64,000 nt of DNA from Candidatus Multivoradales bacterium (GTDB lineage: Bacteria; Acidobacteriota; Thermoanaerobaculia; Multivoradales; JAHEKO01), in assembly GCA_965248055.1 (NCBI GenBank), contig CBDFIJ010000004.1, positions 512,001-576,000 on the forward strand. The letters are read 5' to 3'. Below the pieces are notes generated by a model, which did not search any database, was not told the origin of the DNA, and worked only from the letters and a program-made list of their open reading frames with translations. Position 1 is the stretch's first letter. The number at the start of each line of letters is the position of its first letter. A program made the translations under genes and the position numbers. Below, in pieces: positions 36,042-45,854 of this stretch.

Positions 36042-38945
36042 ATGAAGCCAGGAGAGAACAAGACCGTCCAAGCGAGAATACTGGCGTATGCGCAAAACGT
36101 TGGTTGGACTTTAGTCTCCCGTGAGCAGGCCGAGCAAAGGCGCGGACAGTCCCTATTCTTCGCCGAGCTTCTAGACACCAAGGTGCGGGAGTTCAATCCG
36201 CGCTACACGGAGGACCAGCAGGCGCTACCCGGAAAGTTCCGGCACCTCCACGCCGACATCTACGGCAACCGGGAGTTCGTTGAGTACCTGCGTAACCGGG
36301 GCAAGTTCTTCGATCACGAGGAGAAACGAGAGCGCGACCTGATCTTGATCGACTATGACGAACCAACCAACAACGTCTATGAAGTCACCGAGGAGTGGGT
36401 ATTTGACAACGGCCAATACCGCACGCGGGAGGATGTGGTCTTTCTGATCAACGGCATCCCGGTGCTGGTGATCGAGTGCAAGAACGCCAGCAAGGATGAA
36501 GGAGTCGCCCTGGGGATCGATCAGATTCGCCGCTATCACGATGAGACGCCGGAGCTGTTCGTGCCCGAGCAGCTTTTTACCGCCACCGACGCCATCGGTT
36601 TCTCGTACGGGGTGAGCTGGAACACGGTACGGCGCAACATCTTCAACTGGAAGCACGACCAAGTCGGTCAGTTGGAGGCCAAGGTCAAGAGCTTCTGTGC
36701 AATCCCGCAGGTGCTCGCCTTCTTGAAAGAGTTCATTCTATTCGCCGAGAAAGACGAGGAGCTGCATAAGTACATCTTGCGCCAGCATCAGGTCGGGGCG
36801 GTGAAGAAAGTGGTGGATCGGGCCCTCGACCAGAACCGCAAGCGCGGCCTGGTGTGGCACACCCAAGGCAGCGGCAAGACCTACACCATGATCAAGGCAG
36901 CGGAGCTGCTATTTCGCGCACCCCAGGCGGACAAGCCGACCATTCTGCTGATGATTGATCGCAACGAGTTGGAAGACCAAATGCTCAAGAACCTGGCCTC
37001 GTTGGGGCTCGGCTCTCTGGCGCACGCCAGCAGCATCGACCGTCTGAACCAACTGCTCAAGGACGACTACCGAGGCATCATCGTCACCATGATCCACAAG
37101 TTTCGCGACATGCCGGCGGATCTCAACACGCGTTCCAATATCTACGTGCTGATCGACGAAGCGCACCGCACTACCGGCGGCGACCTGGGCAACTTCCTGA
37201 TGGCAGGTCTGCCCAACGCCAGCTACCTGGGCTTTACTGGCACCCCGGTGGACAAGACGGCCTACGGCAAAGGGACCTTCAAGACTTTCGGTTGCGAAGA
37301 CGACGCCGGCTACCTGCACAAGTATTCGATCGCCGACAGTATCGAAGATGGCACTACCCTACCCCTCTACTACAACCTAGCGCCCAACGAGATGCGGGTG
37401 CCGCACGAGTTGCTGCACAAGGAATTCCTTTCCCTGGCTGAAGCCGAGGGTGTAGCCAACATCGAGGAATTGAACAAGATCCTCGATCGAGCGGTGAATC
37501 TGAAAAACTTCCTCAAGGGGGGGGATCGAATCGAAAAAGTGGCACAATATGTCGCTGACCACTACCGAGAGAACGTTGAACCTCTGGGCTACAAGGCCTT
37601 CCTGGTGGCCGTCGACCGCGAGGCGTGCGCTCGCTACAAGCACGCCCTTGATGCGATATTCAGGAGACAAGGTGTGCCAACGGAGTTTTCCAAGGTGGTC
37701 TACACCGGCAACAACAACGATTCCAAGCTGCTCAAGGACTTCCACCTCAACAAGAAGAGTGAACGCCAGATTCGCAAGAGCTTCTGCAAGCTGGATCAAC
37801 TACCCAAGATCTTGATCGTCACCGAGAAGCTGCTCACCGGTTTTGACGCGCCGACGCTCTATGCGATGTATCTCGACAAACCGATGCGCGACCACACCCT
37901 TTTGCAGGCGATCGCCCGGGTGAACCGACCTTACGAGAATGAGGCCAGAGGGATGGTGAAACCGCACGGTTTGGTGCTCGATTTCGTCGGCATCTTCGAC
38001 AAGCTGGAGAAAGCCCTGGCCTTTGACAGTGATGAGGTGAACGCCATTGTCAAGGATCTCAACCTGCTGAAGGTCTTGTTCCAGAACAAGATGGAGTCCA
38101 AGGTCCCTGAGTATCTGAGCCTGATCGAACGCAGGTTCGACGACAAGGATCTCGACAGTCTGTTCGAGCACTTCCGCGATCCCGAACGGCGCAAGACATT
38201 GTTCAAGGAATACAAAGAAATCGAGATGCTCTACGAAATCATTTCGCCGGATGCCTTCCTGCGACCCTTCATCAATGACTACGCGACGATTTCAGCTATC
38301 TACAGTGTGGTGCGTAAGGCCTACGCCAAGAGGATCGATGTGGATCGTGAGTTCCAGCGAAAAACCAACCAGCTAGTTCAAGAACAAGTCGGCAGCTATG
38401 GCGTAGAGCGGGTCGCCGAGTTCGTCGAAATCAACGCTGAGACCATCAAACTGATCAAGAACAAAGACACCAGTGATACCAGCAAGGTAATCAATCTGAT
38501 CAAGAGCATCGACAAGCTGGCTGAGCAAGAGAGCGAAGACCCCTACCTGATTGCCATGGCTGATCGCGCCCAAGCGGTGCGCGAGAGCTTCGAGAGCCGT
38601 CAAGCGAGTACCACGGAGGCTTTGAATGAGCTGCTGAGCGAACTCGACAAGAACGAAGCCCGCAAGAAAGGGCAGGCTGAAAAGAACTTCGACGGACTCA
38701 CCTACTTTGTCTATCGAACCCTGCTGGATGCCCAAATCGACAACGCCGAGCACGTGAGCCGGGATATCGGGCACGCCTTCACCACCCACGCCAACTGGAA
38801 GAAGAGTGAAAAAGCGCTGCGCGAACTGCGCAGGGCGGTGACGTTCAGCCTGCTGGCCGAATGCGATGAGGTAGAGCATGTCACCACGCTGGTCGACGGT
38901 TTGTTCAGCCTGCTGAACCGAGCTGAAGGGCCCCAAGACGAGTGA
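36042..38945 (+). CDS. hsdR: Type I R-M restriction subunit
   Basis: DVVFLINGIPVLVIECK nuclease motif, HTQGSGKT, DEAH, GFTGTP, LLTGFDAP and QAIARVNR. Confidence 0.96.
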   Translation: MKPGENKTVQARILAYAQNVGWTLVSREQAEQRRGQSLFFAELLDTKVREFNPRYTEDQQALPGKFRHLHADIYGNREFVEYLRNRGKFFDHEEKRERDLILIDYDEPTNNVYEVTEEWVFDNGQYRTREDVVFLINGIPVLVIECKNASKDEGVALGIDQIRRYHDETPELFVPEQLFTATDAIGFSYGVSWNTVRRNIFNWKHDQVGQLEAKVKSFCAIPQVLAFLKEFILFAEKDEELHKYILRQHQVGAVKKVVDRALDQNRKRGLVWHTQGSGKTYTMIKAAELLFRAPQADKPTILLMIDRNELEDQMLKNLASLGLGSLAHASSIDRLNQLLKDDYRGIIVTMIHKFRDMPADLNTRSNIYVLIDEAHRTTGGDLGNFLMAGLPNASYLGFTGTPVDKTAYGKGTFKTFGCEDDAGYLHKYSIADSIEDGTTLPLYYNLAPNEMRVPHELLHKEFLSLAEAEGVANIEELNKILDRAVNLKNFLKGGDRIEKVAQYVADHYRENVEPLGYKAFLVAVDREACARYKHALDAIFRRQGVPTEFSKVVYTGNNNDSKLLKDFHLNKKSERQIRKSFCKLDQLPKILIVTEKLLTGFDAPTLYAMYLDKPMRDHTLLQAIARVNRPYENEARGMVKPHGLVLDFVGIFDKLEKALAFDSDEVNAIVKDLNLLKVLFQNKMESKVPEYLSLIERRFDDKDLDSLFEHFRDPERRKTLFKEYKEIEMLYEIISPDAFLRPFINDYATISAIYSVVRKAYAKRIDVDREFQRKTNQLVQEQVGSYGVERVAEFVEINAETIKLIKNKDTSDTSKVINLIKSIDKLAEQESEDPYLIAMADRAQAVRESFESRQASTTEALNELLSELDKNEARKKGQAEKNFDGLTYFVYRTLLDAQIDNAEHVSRDIGHAFTTHANWKKSEKALRELRRAVTFSLLAECDEVEHVTTLVDGLFSLLNRAEGPQDE

Positions 38946-39253
38946 CCACAGAGGAGACGAAGAAGGTGTTCAAGGGCCGCGTCCGCCACTGGGCGCAGCG
39001 ACTGGAGGTGGAGATCGTCTGGCTAGGGGTTCGACCGATGACCCATAAGTGGGCTTCCTGCTCCACCAATGGTCATCTCAACTTCAACGCCGAATTGTTG
39101 CACCTGGACCCCAAACTCTGGGACTACGTTGTCGTCCACGAACTGCTACATTTCTTCGTTCCCAATCACGGAAAACTCTGGAAGAGCCTGATGCGCGCTC
39201 ATCTTGGAGACTACGAAGCGGCAGAACGTAGCCTGCGACAGATTGCTTCGTAG
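38942..39253 (+). CDS. YgjP/DUF45-like M48 metallopeptidase (short form)
   Basis: KWASCS, YVVVHELLH (HExxH) and NHGKLW; coupled to hsdR. Confidence 0.88.
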   Translation: MTTEETKKVFKGRVRHWAQRLEVEIVWLGVRPMTHKWASCSTNGHLNFNAELLHLDPKLWDYVVVHELLHFFVPNHGKLWKSLMRAHLGDYEAAERSLRQIAS

Positions 39254-39412
39254 TGAGCTGGGTGGCGGTCTCAAATCGTGCAACAGTTGGCGAGCGAGGC
39301 TAGACTAGTTTCAGCTATCGAACGAGGATCGCAGTGATTTGAAACAGAATTCCAATCTTGACCATGACCGGCAGCAAACGCTGTCGGGGCCTGTGAGAAG
39401 GAGGGTGAGGCC

Positions 39413-40522
39413 TTGAAACTGCCAGAGTTCACACTTGGTATCGAAGAGGAGTACCAACTGATCGACCCGGAGACCGGGGAGTTGAGTTCTTCGATTGAGC
39501 TGTTCTTGGAGAAGGCGCAGCCGGTGCTGCAGGAGCAGATCAAGCCGGAGATGTTGCAGTCGCAAGTGGAGATTGGCAGTCATGTGTGCCGATCGATTCA
39601 GGAGCTGCGCTCGGATCTCACCCGGTTGCGGCGCTCGGTGATTGAGATCGCCGAGAACAATGGTCTAGCGATTGTTGCCGCCAGTACTCATCCCTTCTCT
39701 AAGTGGACCGATCAGTCGGTGACCGAGAAAGAGCGCTACTCCAAGCATCAGGAAGCTCTGGCGGATGTCGCCCGGCGGATGTTGATCTATGGCATGCACA
39801 TCCACATCGGCATTGAAGACCGTGACCTGCGGATCGACGTCATGGACCAAGCCCGGTACTTCCTGCCGCACCTTTTGGCGCTGACCACCAGCTCACCGTT
39901 TTGGTTTGGCCGTGACACCGGAATCAAGTCCTATCGTTCGATCGTGTTTGAAAACCTACCGCGTACTGGGCCCCCTCCGGAATTCGCATCTTGGTCGGAA
40001 TACCAGCGCTTCCTGGAGATCATGGTGGAGACTGGCTGTATCGATGATCCCACCAAGATTTGGTGGGATATTCGGCCTCACCCAGTCTTTCCCACCATCG
40101 AGTTCCGGGTCTACGATATTTGTACCCGAATTGACGACGCGATCGCAGTCGCCGCAATGACTCTGGCGATCGTCGCCAAGTTGATCACCCTGAGGATGAG
40201 CAATCGATCCTGGCGTCGTTACCCCAACCATCTCCTCCAGGAGAACAAATGGCGCGCGGTGCGCTTTGGTCTCGAGGGCAAAATGGTGGACTTCGGACGG
40301 CGTGAACAGGTCGCTACCCGTTTGTTAATGCAAGAGGTTCTGCAGTTTGTCGACGATGTGGTCGACCCGCTCAACATCCGCGCCGAGATCGACCACGTCT
40401 CGACCATCCTTGAGCGCGGTACCAGTTCGGATCGGCAACTTGCGCTCTATCGAGAGACCGGCGACTTTCAAGCAGTAGTGCGGCAGCTGATCGCTGACAC
40501 CAAAGAAAACGTCATCTCGTGA
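39413..40522 (+). CDS. Carboxylate-amine ligase (YbdK/GCS2 family)
   Basis: FTLGIEEEYQ, ASTHPF, GMHIHIG, SSPFW and WWDIRPHP.FPTIEFR. Confidence 0.92.
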   Translation: MKLPEFTLGIEEEYQLIDPETGELSSSIELFLEKAQPVLQEQIKPEMLQSQVEIGSHVCRSIQELRSDLTRLRRSVIEIAENNGLAIVAASTHPFSKWTDQSVTEKERYSKHQEALADVARRMLIYGMHIHIGIEDRDLRIDVMDQARYFLPHLLALTTSSPFWFGRDTGIKSYRSIVFENLPRTGPPPEFASWSEYQRFLEIMVETGCIDDPTKIWWDIRPHPVFPTIEFRVYDICTRIDDAIAVAAMTLAIVAKLITLRMSNRSWRRYPNHLLQENKWRAVRFGLEGKMVDFGRREQVATRLLMQEVLQFVDDVVDPLNIRAEIDHVSTILERGTSSDRQLALYRETGDFQAVVRQLIADTKENVIS

Positions 40523-41724
40523 CACGACGCGCACTATGGATTCTGGCGCTGCTAGTCGCTGGCGTGATTCTGTTTTGGTTGATCCCCTACTGGGCCTTGA
40601 AGTGGAGCGGCTATCTACTGGTGGTCTTCCCCAATGGCGGCGACCGCAGCCAAACCGCAGTGGTGGATTTCACCGTCAAGCCAGCCCCTGAACCACTTCC
40701 TGCGGTGCAAACCGACGGACCGGTGCGCAACGTGGTGATGTTGTTGGCCGATGGTATGGGTTTCTCCCAGCTCTATGCCGCGCGGCTGGCTGAGCACGGC
40801 GCATACGGGCAGCTATTTTTGGAGCGCTTTCCGGTCACCGGCTGGCAGACCAATGCTTCAATCGATGACGTCTACACCGACTCGGCCGCCAGTGCCAGCT
40901 CGATTGCCACCGGGCACAAGATCAACACCCGCAACCTGGCGATCGATGAAGAGGGGGACGCGCTACCGACGATCGCCGAATTTCTCAAACAGCAGGGATA
41001 CAAGGTCGGCTTGATCACCGACTCCTACCTGTGGGACGCATCGGTCGCAGCGTTTGCTGCCCATCAAGAAAATCGCTATCAGTTCCCTGGAGTCGCAGAG
41101 CAACTTGCCGCTTCCAAGTTCGATCTCCTAGTCGGTACTCACGCCAGCGAGGAATCGATTCGCGAGCCGATTCCGGACGGTGAGCCGTCGCTGCTCATTC
41201 CGTTTCGCGACCACGGATACTCGGTGCTGGAAAATCCTGCTCAGTTGCCGACTGTGGATGGCCCGACGGTGCTGATTTACCCGGCTGATTCGATCGCTGA
41301 GCGACCGGGTCGCTTGTCCGAGATTGTTGACTGGGCAATCAATAGTTTGGCGGCAGCGGAAGAACCGTTTTTTCTTTTTGTTGAAACCGAAGAACCGGAT
41401 AGCGGTAGCCACAATCGGAACTTCTCTTGGGTGCTGCGTGGACTGCTGGAACTGGATCGGGTGGCCAAGGTTGCGGTCGACTTCGCCGGCAGCCGAAACG
41501 ACACCTTGGTATTGGCGACCAGCGACCATGAGACCGGTGGCTTTGCCATCTTGTCTGGTTCTCAGGAAAAACCGCTGGCGCTGCGATGGGCAACCCCTCG
41601 GCACACCGCCGAACCGGTGCCGGTCTTGGCTTTTGGCGCAGGCGCCGAGAGCTTCGCCGGGGTGATGGACAACACCGAGTTCGCTCCACGGATCGCGCGG
41701 GTCCTGGAGCTCAACTGGCCGTAG
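40519..41724 (+). CDS. Alkaline phosphatase
   Basis: LADGMG, TDSAASAS (Ser nucleophile), DSGSH, TSDHETGG and HTAEPV; N-terminal TM anchor. Confidence 0.9.
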   Translation: MTRRALWILALLVAGVILFWLIPYWALKWSGYLLVVFPNGGDRSQTAVVDFTVKPAPEPLPAVQTDGPVRNVVMLLADGMGFSQLYAARLAEHGAYGQLFLERFPVTGWQTNASIDDVYTDSAASASSIATGHKINTRNLAIDEEGDALPTIAEFLKQQGYKVGLITDSYLWDASVAAFAAHQENRYQFPGVAEQLAASKFDLLVGTHASEESIREPIPDGEPSLLIPFRDHGYSVLENPAQLPTVDGPTVLIYPADSIAERPGRLSEIVDWAINSLAAAEEPFFLFVETEEPDSGSHNRNFSWVLRGLLELDRVAKVAVDFAGSRNDTLVLATSDHETGGFAILSGSQEKPLALRWATPRHTAEPVPVLAFGAGAESFAGVMDNTEFAPRIARVLELNWP

Positions 41725-41781
41725 CGGCACTGGTCCTAGCGGCACTGACCCTAGCGGCACTGGACCTGGCGGCACTGGCCC
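41722..41781. repeat. Four 15-bp tandem units starting at the phosphatase stop codon
   Basis: tagcggcactggtcc / tagcggcactgaccc / tagcggcactggacc / tggcggcactggccc. Confidence 0.9.
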
Positions 41782-41910
41782 TGTTCAACGGTCTCATCAC
41801 GACCGACACTGGTCGCGACAACTGGCACTGGTCTCGCATCTGACCGCCGTATGAACTTGACTACCAGCAACCGGTCGCCGCACAGACCATCGATCCTTTA
41901 CACTCTACCG

Positions 41911-43647
41911 ATGACAATCAGGCCTATGACAACCAGGAATCGCCCTCACGTTTTTGCTGCCACCACCCCGCTGTTTCTACTGGTGCTCTTTGCCGCGACC
42001 CGAGCTTTCGCCAGTCCGGTCGCAATTCAGGTCGAGAACCAGAAGGGCAAACCGATCGATGGCGCCGAAGTCACGGTGCGATCACAGGAAGGCGAAGCCC
42101 CTTTGGTCACCGCGATCACCAGTGATCGCGGCGTCGCCGTGATCAATGAACTCGGCCCTGGCGAGTGGTACTTTGAAATCACCCGGCCTGGCTACATGAT
42201 GTTTTCCGCCTACGTGCGGCTGCGCGACGGCAAGAAGCCAGAATTAGGATTCGCTTCGCAGGTCAGCCGGGGCGACGACTGGGAACCGATGCGGGTTAAG
42301 TTCACCAAAGCCTCGGTGAAGTTGGCGCGCGATGCGGTGAATGCGCCCACCCCGGAACCGCGCGTTCGACAACCGGTGCGGGTTGAAGCCGATGAGTCCC
42401 CTGCGGTGATTACCAGGGTGGAGCCAACATCCGAATCGAAGCCGACAGTCGCCACCGAACCCGACGGCGAAACGATCACGGAGGCCGCTAAGCCCGAGCA
42501 ACGACCGGTAGAAGGTCCGGTCTCAGAGACTGCAGAGGTCGCCTCATCGACCACCGCAGTAGTGGTCCCCAGTGTGATCGAGGATGTCGAGCCGGAGCGT
42601 TCGGCGGACGGAGAAACTGCACCGCCATCTTTGACCGTTGCGGACGGTGACCCACTCCCCAGATCGGCAACCGAATCCAACAGCGACGACTCTGAAGCTG
42701 CCTCTCGCGAACAGGCTGATCCCGCGCAAGCTGATTCCGACGACCTTGCTCCGGAAAACGCTCTCGCAGATACGGACACCGTTGAGGACGCCCCACAGAC
42801 GCCAACTCTCGACTCCGCGGCACCTGAAGAGGCAATCGGTCAGCCGACTCCGGAAGTGGCTGCACAGCCAGAGCCCACACTCCCAGAGCAAGCCTTGCCA
42901 GAGCCAGCACTCCCAGAACCTGTCCAAGCACCCGAGGGCCAAGTAGTCATTGCGGCCAATGGGGCGGCAGCCGAGGAAGCAGAACCCAGTGAGGCTGCAA
43001 GCAGCGACCTAGCCGACAGCCCGATCGAGCAACCTCAAACACCGACGACGCCACCGGTTGCCGTCGCATCAGATCAGCTAGATTTTCTTTCCACTCCGCC
43101 GCGCTACCTACGCTCCGCCGCGGCCGGGAACTGTCCCGAGTGCGCCGGGGGCGAGTGGGCGGTGTCGGCCGCGGTCGAAGCGGGTACCGCGGGTGACACC
43201 CGCTCCACCAGCACCTGTGCAGCCGATCTCGCAGACAGAGCGCAGCAGTTTGCCGAACAGCTTGTCAACCGTCCGCAGGGTGCCTTTGTCGGCCCAATGA
43301 TGGCCGCTCTGTGGCGTACCGCCAGCGACTCGGCACGCACAGCGCTGGTAACGGAGGGATCGGAATTGATGAGTCCAGGCGGCTTTTGTCAAGTGGTTGG
43401 GGTGTTGTTACCCAAAGGGGCGACAATGACCGGCTATTCGCTGGAAGCCTGGGACGATTTAGGTGGGCGTGCTTGCAATGCAGAGGGTATTTGTGCCCTG
43501 CCCAAGGCCGGATGGTCCGGCAGCCCGACCGTGGTCAGCGGCGAGAACGCTACCGTCATCTACTCGGTGTTTCGCAACCGCTCGACACGGCACCAGCGCA
43601 ACGCAGAATTGACGGTCTTGTTTACCCCCCCGGCGGAGTGGCAATGA
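41911..43647 (+). CDS. Exported protein: carboxypeptidase-regulatory-like domain, acidic Pro-rich linker, Cys-rich C-terminal domain
   Basis: Signal peptide; QVENQKGKPIDGAEVTV..TSDRG..L.PGEW.FEITRPGY; about 250-aa P/E/A/D linker; 6 Cys in the C-domain; start uncertain. Confidence 0.7.
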   Translation: MTIRPMTTRNRPHVFAATTPLFLLVLFAATRAFASPVAIQVENQKGKPIDGAEVTVRSQEGEAPLVTAITSDRGVAVINELGPGEWYFEITRPGYMMFSAYVRLRDGKKPELGFASQVSRGDDWEPMRVKFTKASVKLARDAVNAPTPEPRVRQPVRVEADESPAVITRVEPTSESKPTVATEPDGETITEAAKPEQRPVEGPVSETAEVASSTTAVVVPSVIEDVEPERSADGETAPPSLTVADGDPLPRSATESNSDDSEAASREQADPAQADSDDLAPENALADTDTVEDAPQTPTLDSAAPEEAIGQPTPEVAAQPEPTLPEQALPEPALPEPVQAPEGQVVIAANGAAAEEAEPSEAASSDLADSPIEQPQTPTTPPVAVASDQLDFLSTPPRYLRSAAAGNCPECAGGEWAVSAAVEAGTAGDTRSTSTCAADLADRAQQFAEQLVNRPQGAFVGPMMAALWRTASDSARTALVTEGSELMSPGGFCQVVGVLLPKGATMTGYSLEAWDDLGGRACNAEGICALPKAGWSGSPTVVSGENATVIYSVFRNRSTRHQRNAELTVLFTPPAEWQ

Positions 43648-44615
43648 ACGATTCCAAGCAAGACGAGACTCGAGAGATAGACCTCGCCAACAAGCCCAAG
43701 CCGACCGATCGCCAGGAGGAAGCAAGAACTCTGGGTGAACTAGAGTGGCAGGACCAATTGGGCCCAGCAGCGGAAGAGGAACCGACCGTCCCTCTGAACT
43801 CGGAGAATGAGCCGACCCTTGCCCTCGGCTACGGTGCCGATCGGAATCGCAATCGCAGCCCCGATTCCTTTCGCTGGCGATGGATCGCATTAGCCATCCT
43901 GCTCCTGGGAGCGGCTGGTTGGTGGTTCATGTCTCGAGGGCGCTCGATCGAGAAGCCCACTGTTGAAGCCAGCGCTCCGACCGCAGCCCAGCAGACGGAA
44001 AAACTCGAGCAGGCTCTGGACCTGCCTGAACTGGATGCCAGCGATGCGTTAATCCGGCAGCTGGTGGCGCAAATCGCGGCACACCCGGCACTCACCCGCT
44101 GGTTGGCCAACGACAATCTGGTTCGCAGTTTTACTTCCGGAGTCGAAGTGATCGCTGAAGGCCAAGTACCCAAAGACAGTCTTGGCTTCTTGATTCCCAA
44201 CAGCGGTTTTTCCACCGATGCTGCAGGCGTTGATTCCTGGCGACCCAGCGTTGCCAGCCGCCAGCGGTTTGAAGAGCTAGTGGCGGTGATGCAATTGGTC
44301 AGTCCGGCAGACGCAGCTCGCATCGTGCGCAGCATCGAGCCGTTGTCCGACCAAGCACGGCGCGATCTGGGATACCCGCAGGGCGATTCCCGCTCAGCAT
44401 TGGACCGCAGTGTCGCTCATTTGGTTCGGGTTTCGCCGCAATTGGCGTCTGAACCGTTGATCCAAGACGGCGAGATCTATCGCTATCAAGACCAGACCCT
44501 CGAAGAGGCACTGTCGCCGGCGCAGAAAGCACTGTTGCGACTCGGCCCCGAACAGGCGGCCTGGGTACAGGGCTGGCTGCACCGATTTCACGATGCTTTA
44601 GCATCAGCCGAGTAA
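43644..44615 (+). CDS. DUF3014-domain membrane-anchored protein
   Basis: Single TM, LPELDASD..R and LSPAQKALLRLGP; ATGA overlap with the upstream gene. Confidence 0.8.
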   Translation: MNDSKQDETREIDLANKPKPTDRQEEARTLGELEWQDQLGPAAEEEPTVPLNSENEPTLALGYGADRNRNRSPDSFRWRWIALAILLLGAAGWWFMSRGRSIEKPTVEASAPTAAQQTEKLEQALDLPELDASDALIRQLVAQIAAHPALTRWLANDNLVRSFTSGVEVIAEGQVPKDSLGFLIPNSGFSTDAAGVDSWRPSVASRQRFEELVAVMQLVSPADAARIVRSIEPLSDQARRDLGYPQGDSRSALDRSVAHLVRVSPQLASEPLIQDGEIYRYQDQTLEEALSPAQKALLRLGPEQAAWVQGWLHRFHDALASAE

Positions 44616-44618
44616 CCC

Positions 44619-45722
44619 ATGCTGCAATACCTGCTTGATACCGCGAATCTAGATCCGCTGCTAGAACAAGTTAGCGCGCTGCGCTGGGTGCAAAACGTAG
44701 TTTTGGTCGCCGGATTTGTGGTCACCGCACTGATTGTCGATTTCTTGATCAGCCGCGTTTTTACCTACTGGGTTGGACGTACCAAGACCGACTTGGACGA
44801 CCGTTTCGTCGCTTTGCTGCACCGACCAATCGTGGGAACCATCATCAGCGTCGGAATCTGGGCTGTGGTGTTGCGCGCCGACCTAGCAGATCCGATACGC
44901 ATTCCAATCAAACGCGTCTTGCTGACCATCTTGCTGTGGTTTTGGGCATCCTTTGCCCTGCGCGCCGGTTTGTTGCTGATCGAGGCGGTCTCTCGACTAC
45001 AAACTCGTAAACCGTTTATCGAACCGCGCATGTTGCCGCTAGCGGCAACCCTGCACCGAATCGGAGTGGTAGCCGCAGCGATTTACCTACTGTTAGCCAT
45101 CTGGGGCATCAACGTAGGCCCGCTATTGGCGGGAGCTGGGATTCTCGGCATCGCCCTGGGCTTTGCCGCCAAGGACACCCTCTCGAACCTATTTTCTGGG
45201 ATCTTCATCATGGCCGACGCGCCCTATGAGATCGGTGATTTCATCGTCTTGGGCACTGGGGAACGCGGTGAGGTGACCAAGATCGGCCTTCGTAGCACCC
45301 GGCTGCTCACCCGCGACGACATCGAGGTCACCATCCCCAACTCTGTAATCGCCAATGCCAAGATTCTCAACGAAAGTGGCGGCCCGGAAGTTTGGGAACG
45401 GGTTCGCGCTGATGTCCAGGTCGCCTACGGCACGGACATCGACCGACTACGCCAGGTGCTGATCGAGGTTGCGGTTGGCGATTCTCACATCGCCAGTTCA
45501 CCCGAACCACGAGTACGGATGCGTGGCTTTGGCGAATCGGGCCTTAACTTCCAATTGCTCGGCTGGATCAACAACCCAGAGCTGAAAGGAAGAGCCCTGG
45601 ATTCTCTCTACGACGCGATCTACAAACGATTCGCTGAGGACGGAATCGAGATCCCCTACCCCGTGCGACGGGTTGTCATGCCGCAGCCGTCGGCAGATTC
45701 GCAGCAAGAACCAACGCGCTAA
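44619..45722 (+). CDS. mscS: Small-conductance mechanosensitive channel
   Basis: GAGILGIALGFAAKDTLSNLFSG, PYEIGD, GLRSTRL, IPNS and GIEIPYP. Confidence 0.92.
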   Translation: MLQYLLDTANLDPLLEQVSALRWVQNVVLVAGFVVTALIVDFLISRVFTYWVGRTKTDLDDRFVALLHRPIVGTIISVGIWAVVLRADLADPIRIPIKRVLLTILLWFWASFALRAGLLLIEAVSRLQTRKPFIEPRMLPLAATLHRIGVVAAAIYLLLAIWGINVGPLLAGAGILGIALGFAAKDTLSNLFSGIFIMADAPYEIGDFIVLGTGERGEVTKIGLRSTRLLTRDDIEVTIPNSVIANAKILNESGGPEVWERVRADVQVAYGTDIDRLRQVLIEVAVGDSHIASSPEPRVRMRGFGESGLNFQLLGWINNPELKGRALDSLYDAIYKRFAEDGIEIPYPVRRVVMPQPSADSQQEPTR

Positions 45723-45854
45723 GCTTCCCGTTGCTCTTGGAAGGCCACCTATGAGGTCTACGACCAAGCATCACGCTGATCCTCTTGTGCCGCAAATCTT
45801 TGACTGCGCATCGACCGACCGGCGATTCCTGAAGGTGAGATAGGCTCCGGCTCC

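Noticed and set aside
29593-39412. att-like direct repeats bounding the R-M island
   Set aside because: I found only a 7-bp TCTCAAA match on both sides and no integrase or tRNA, which is insufficient.
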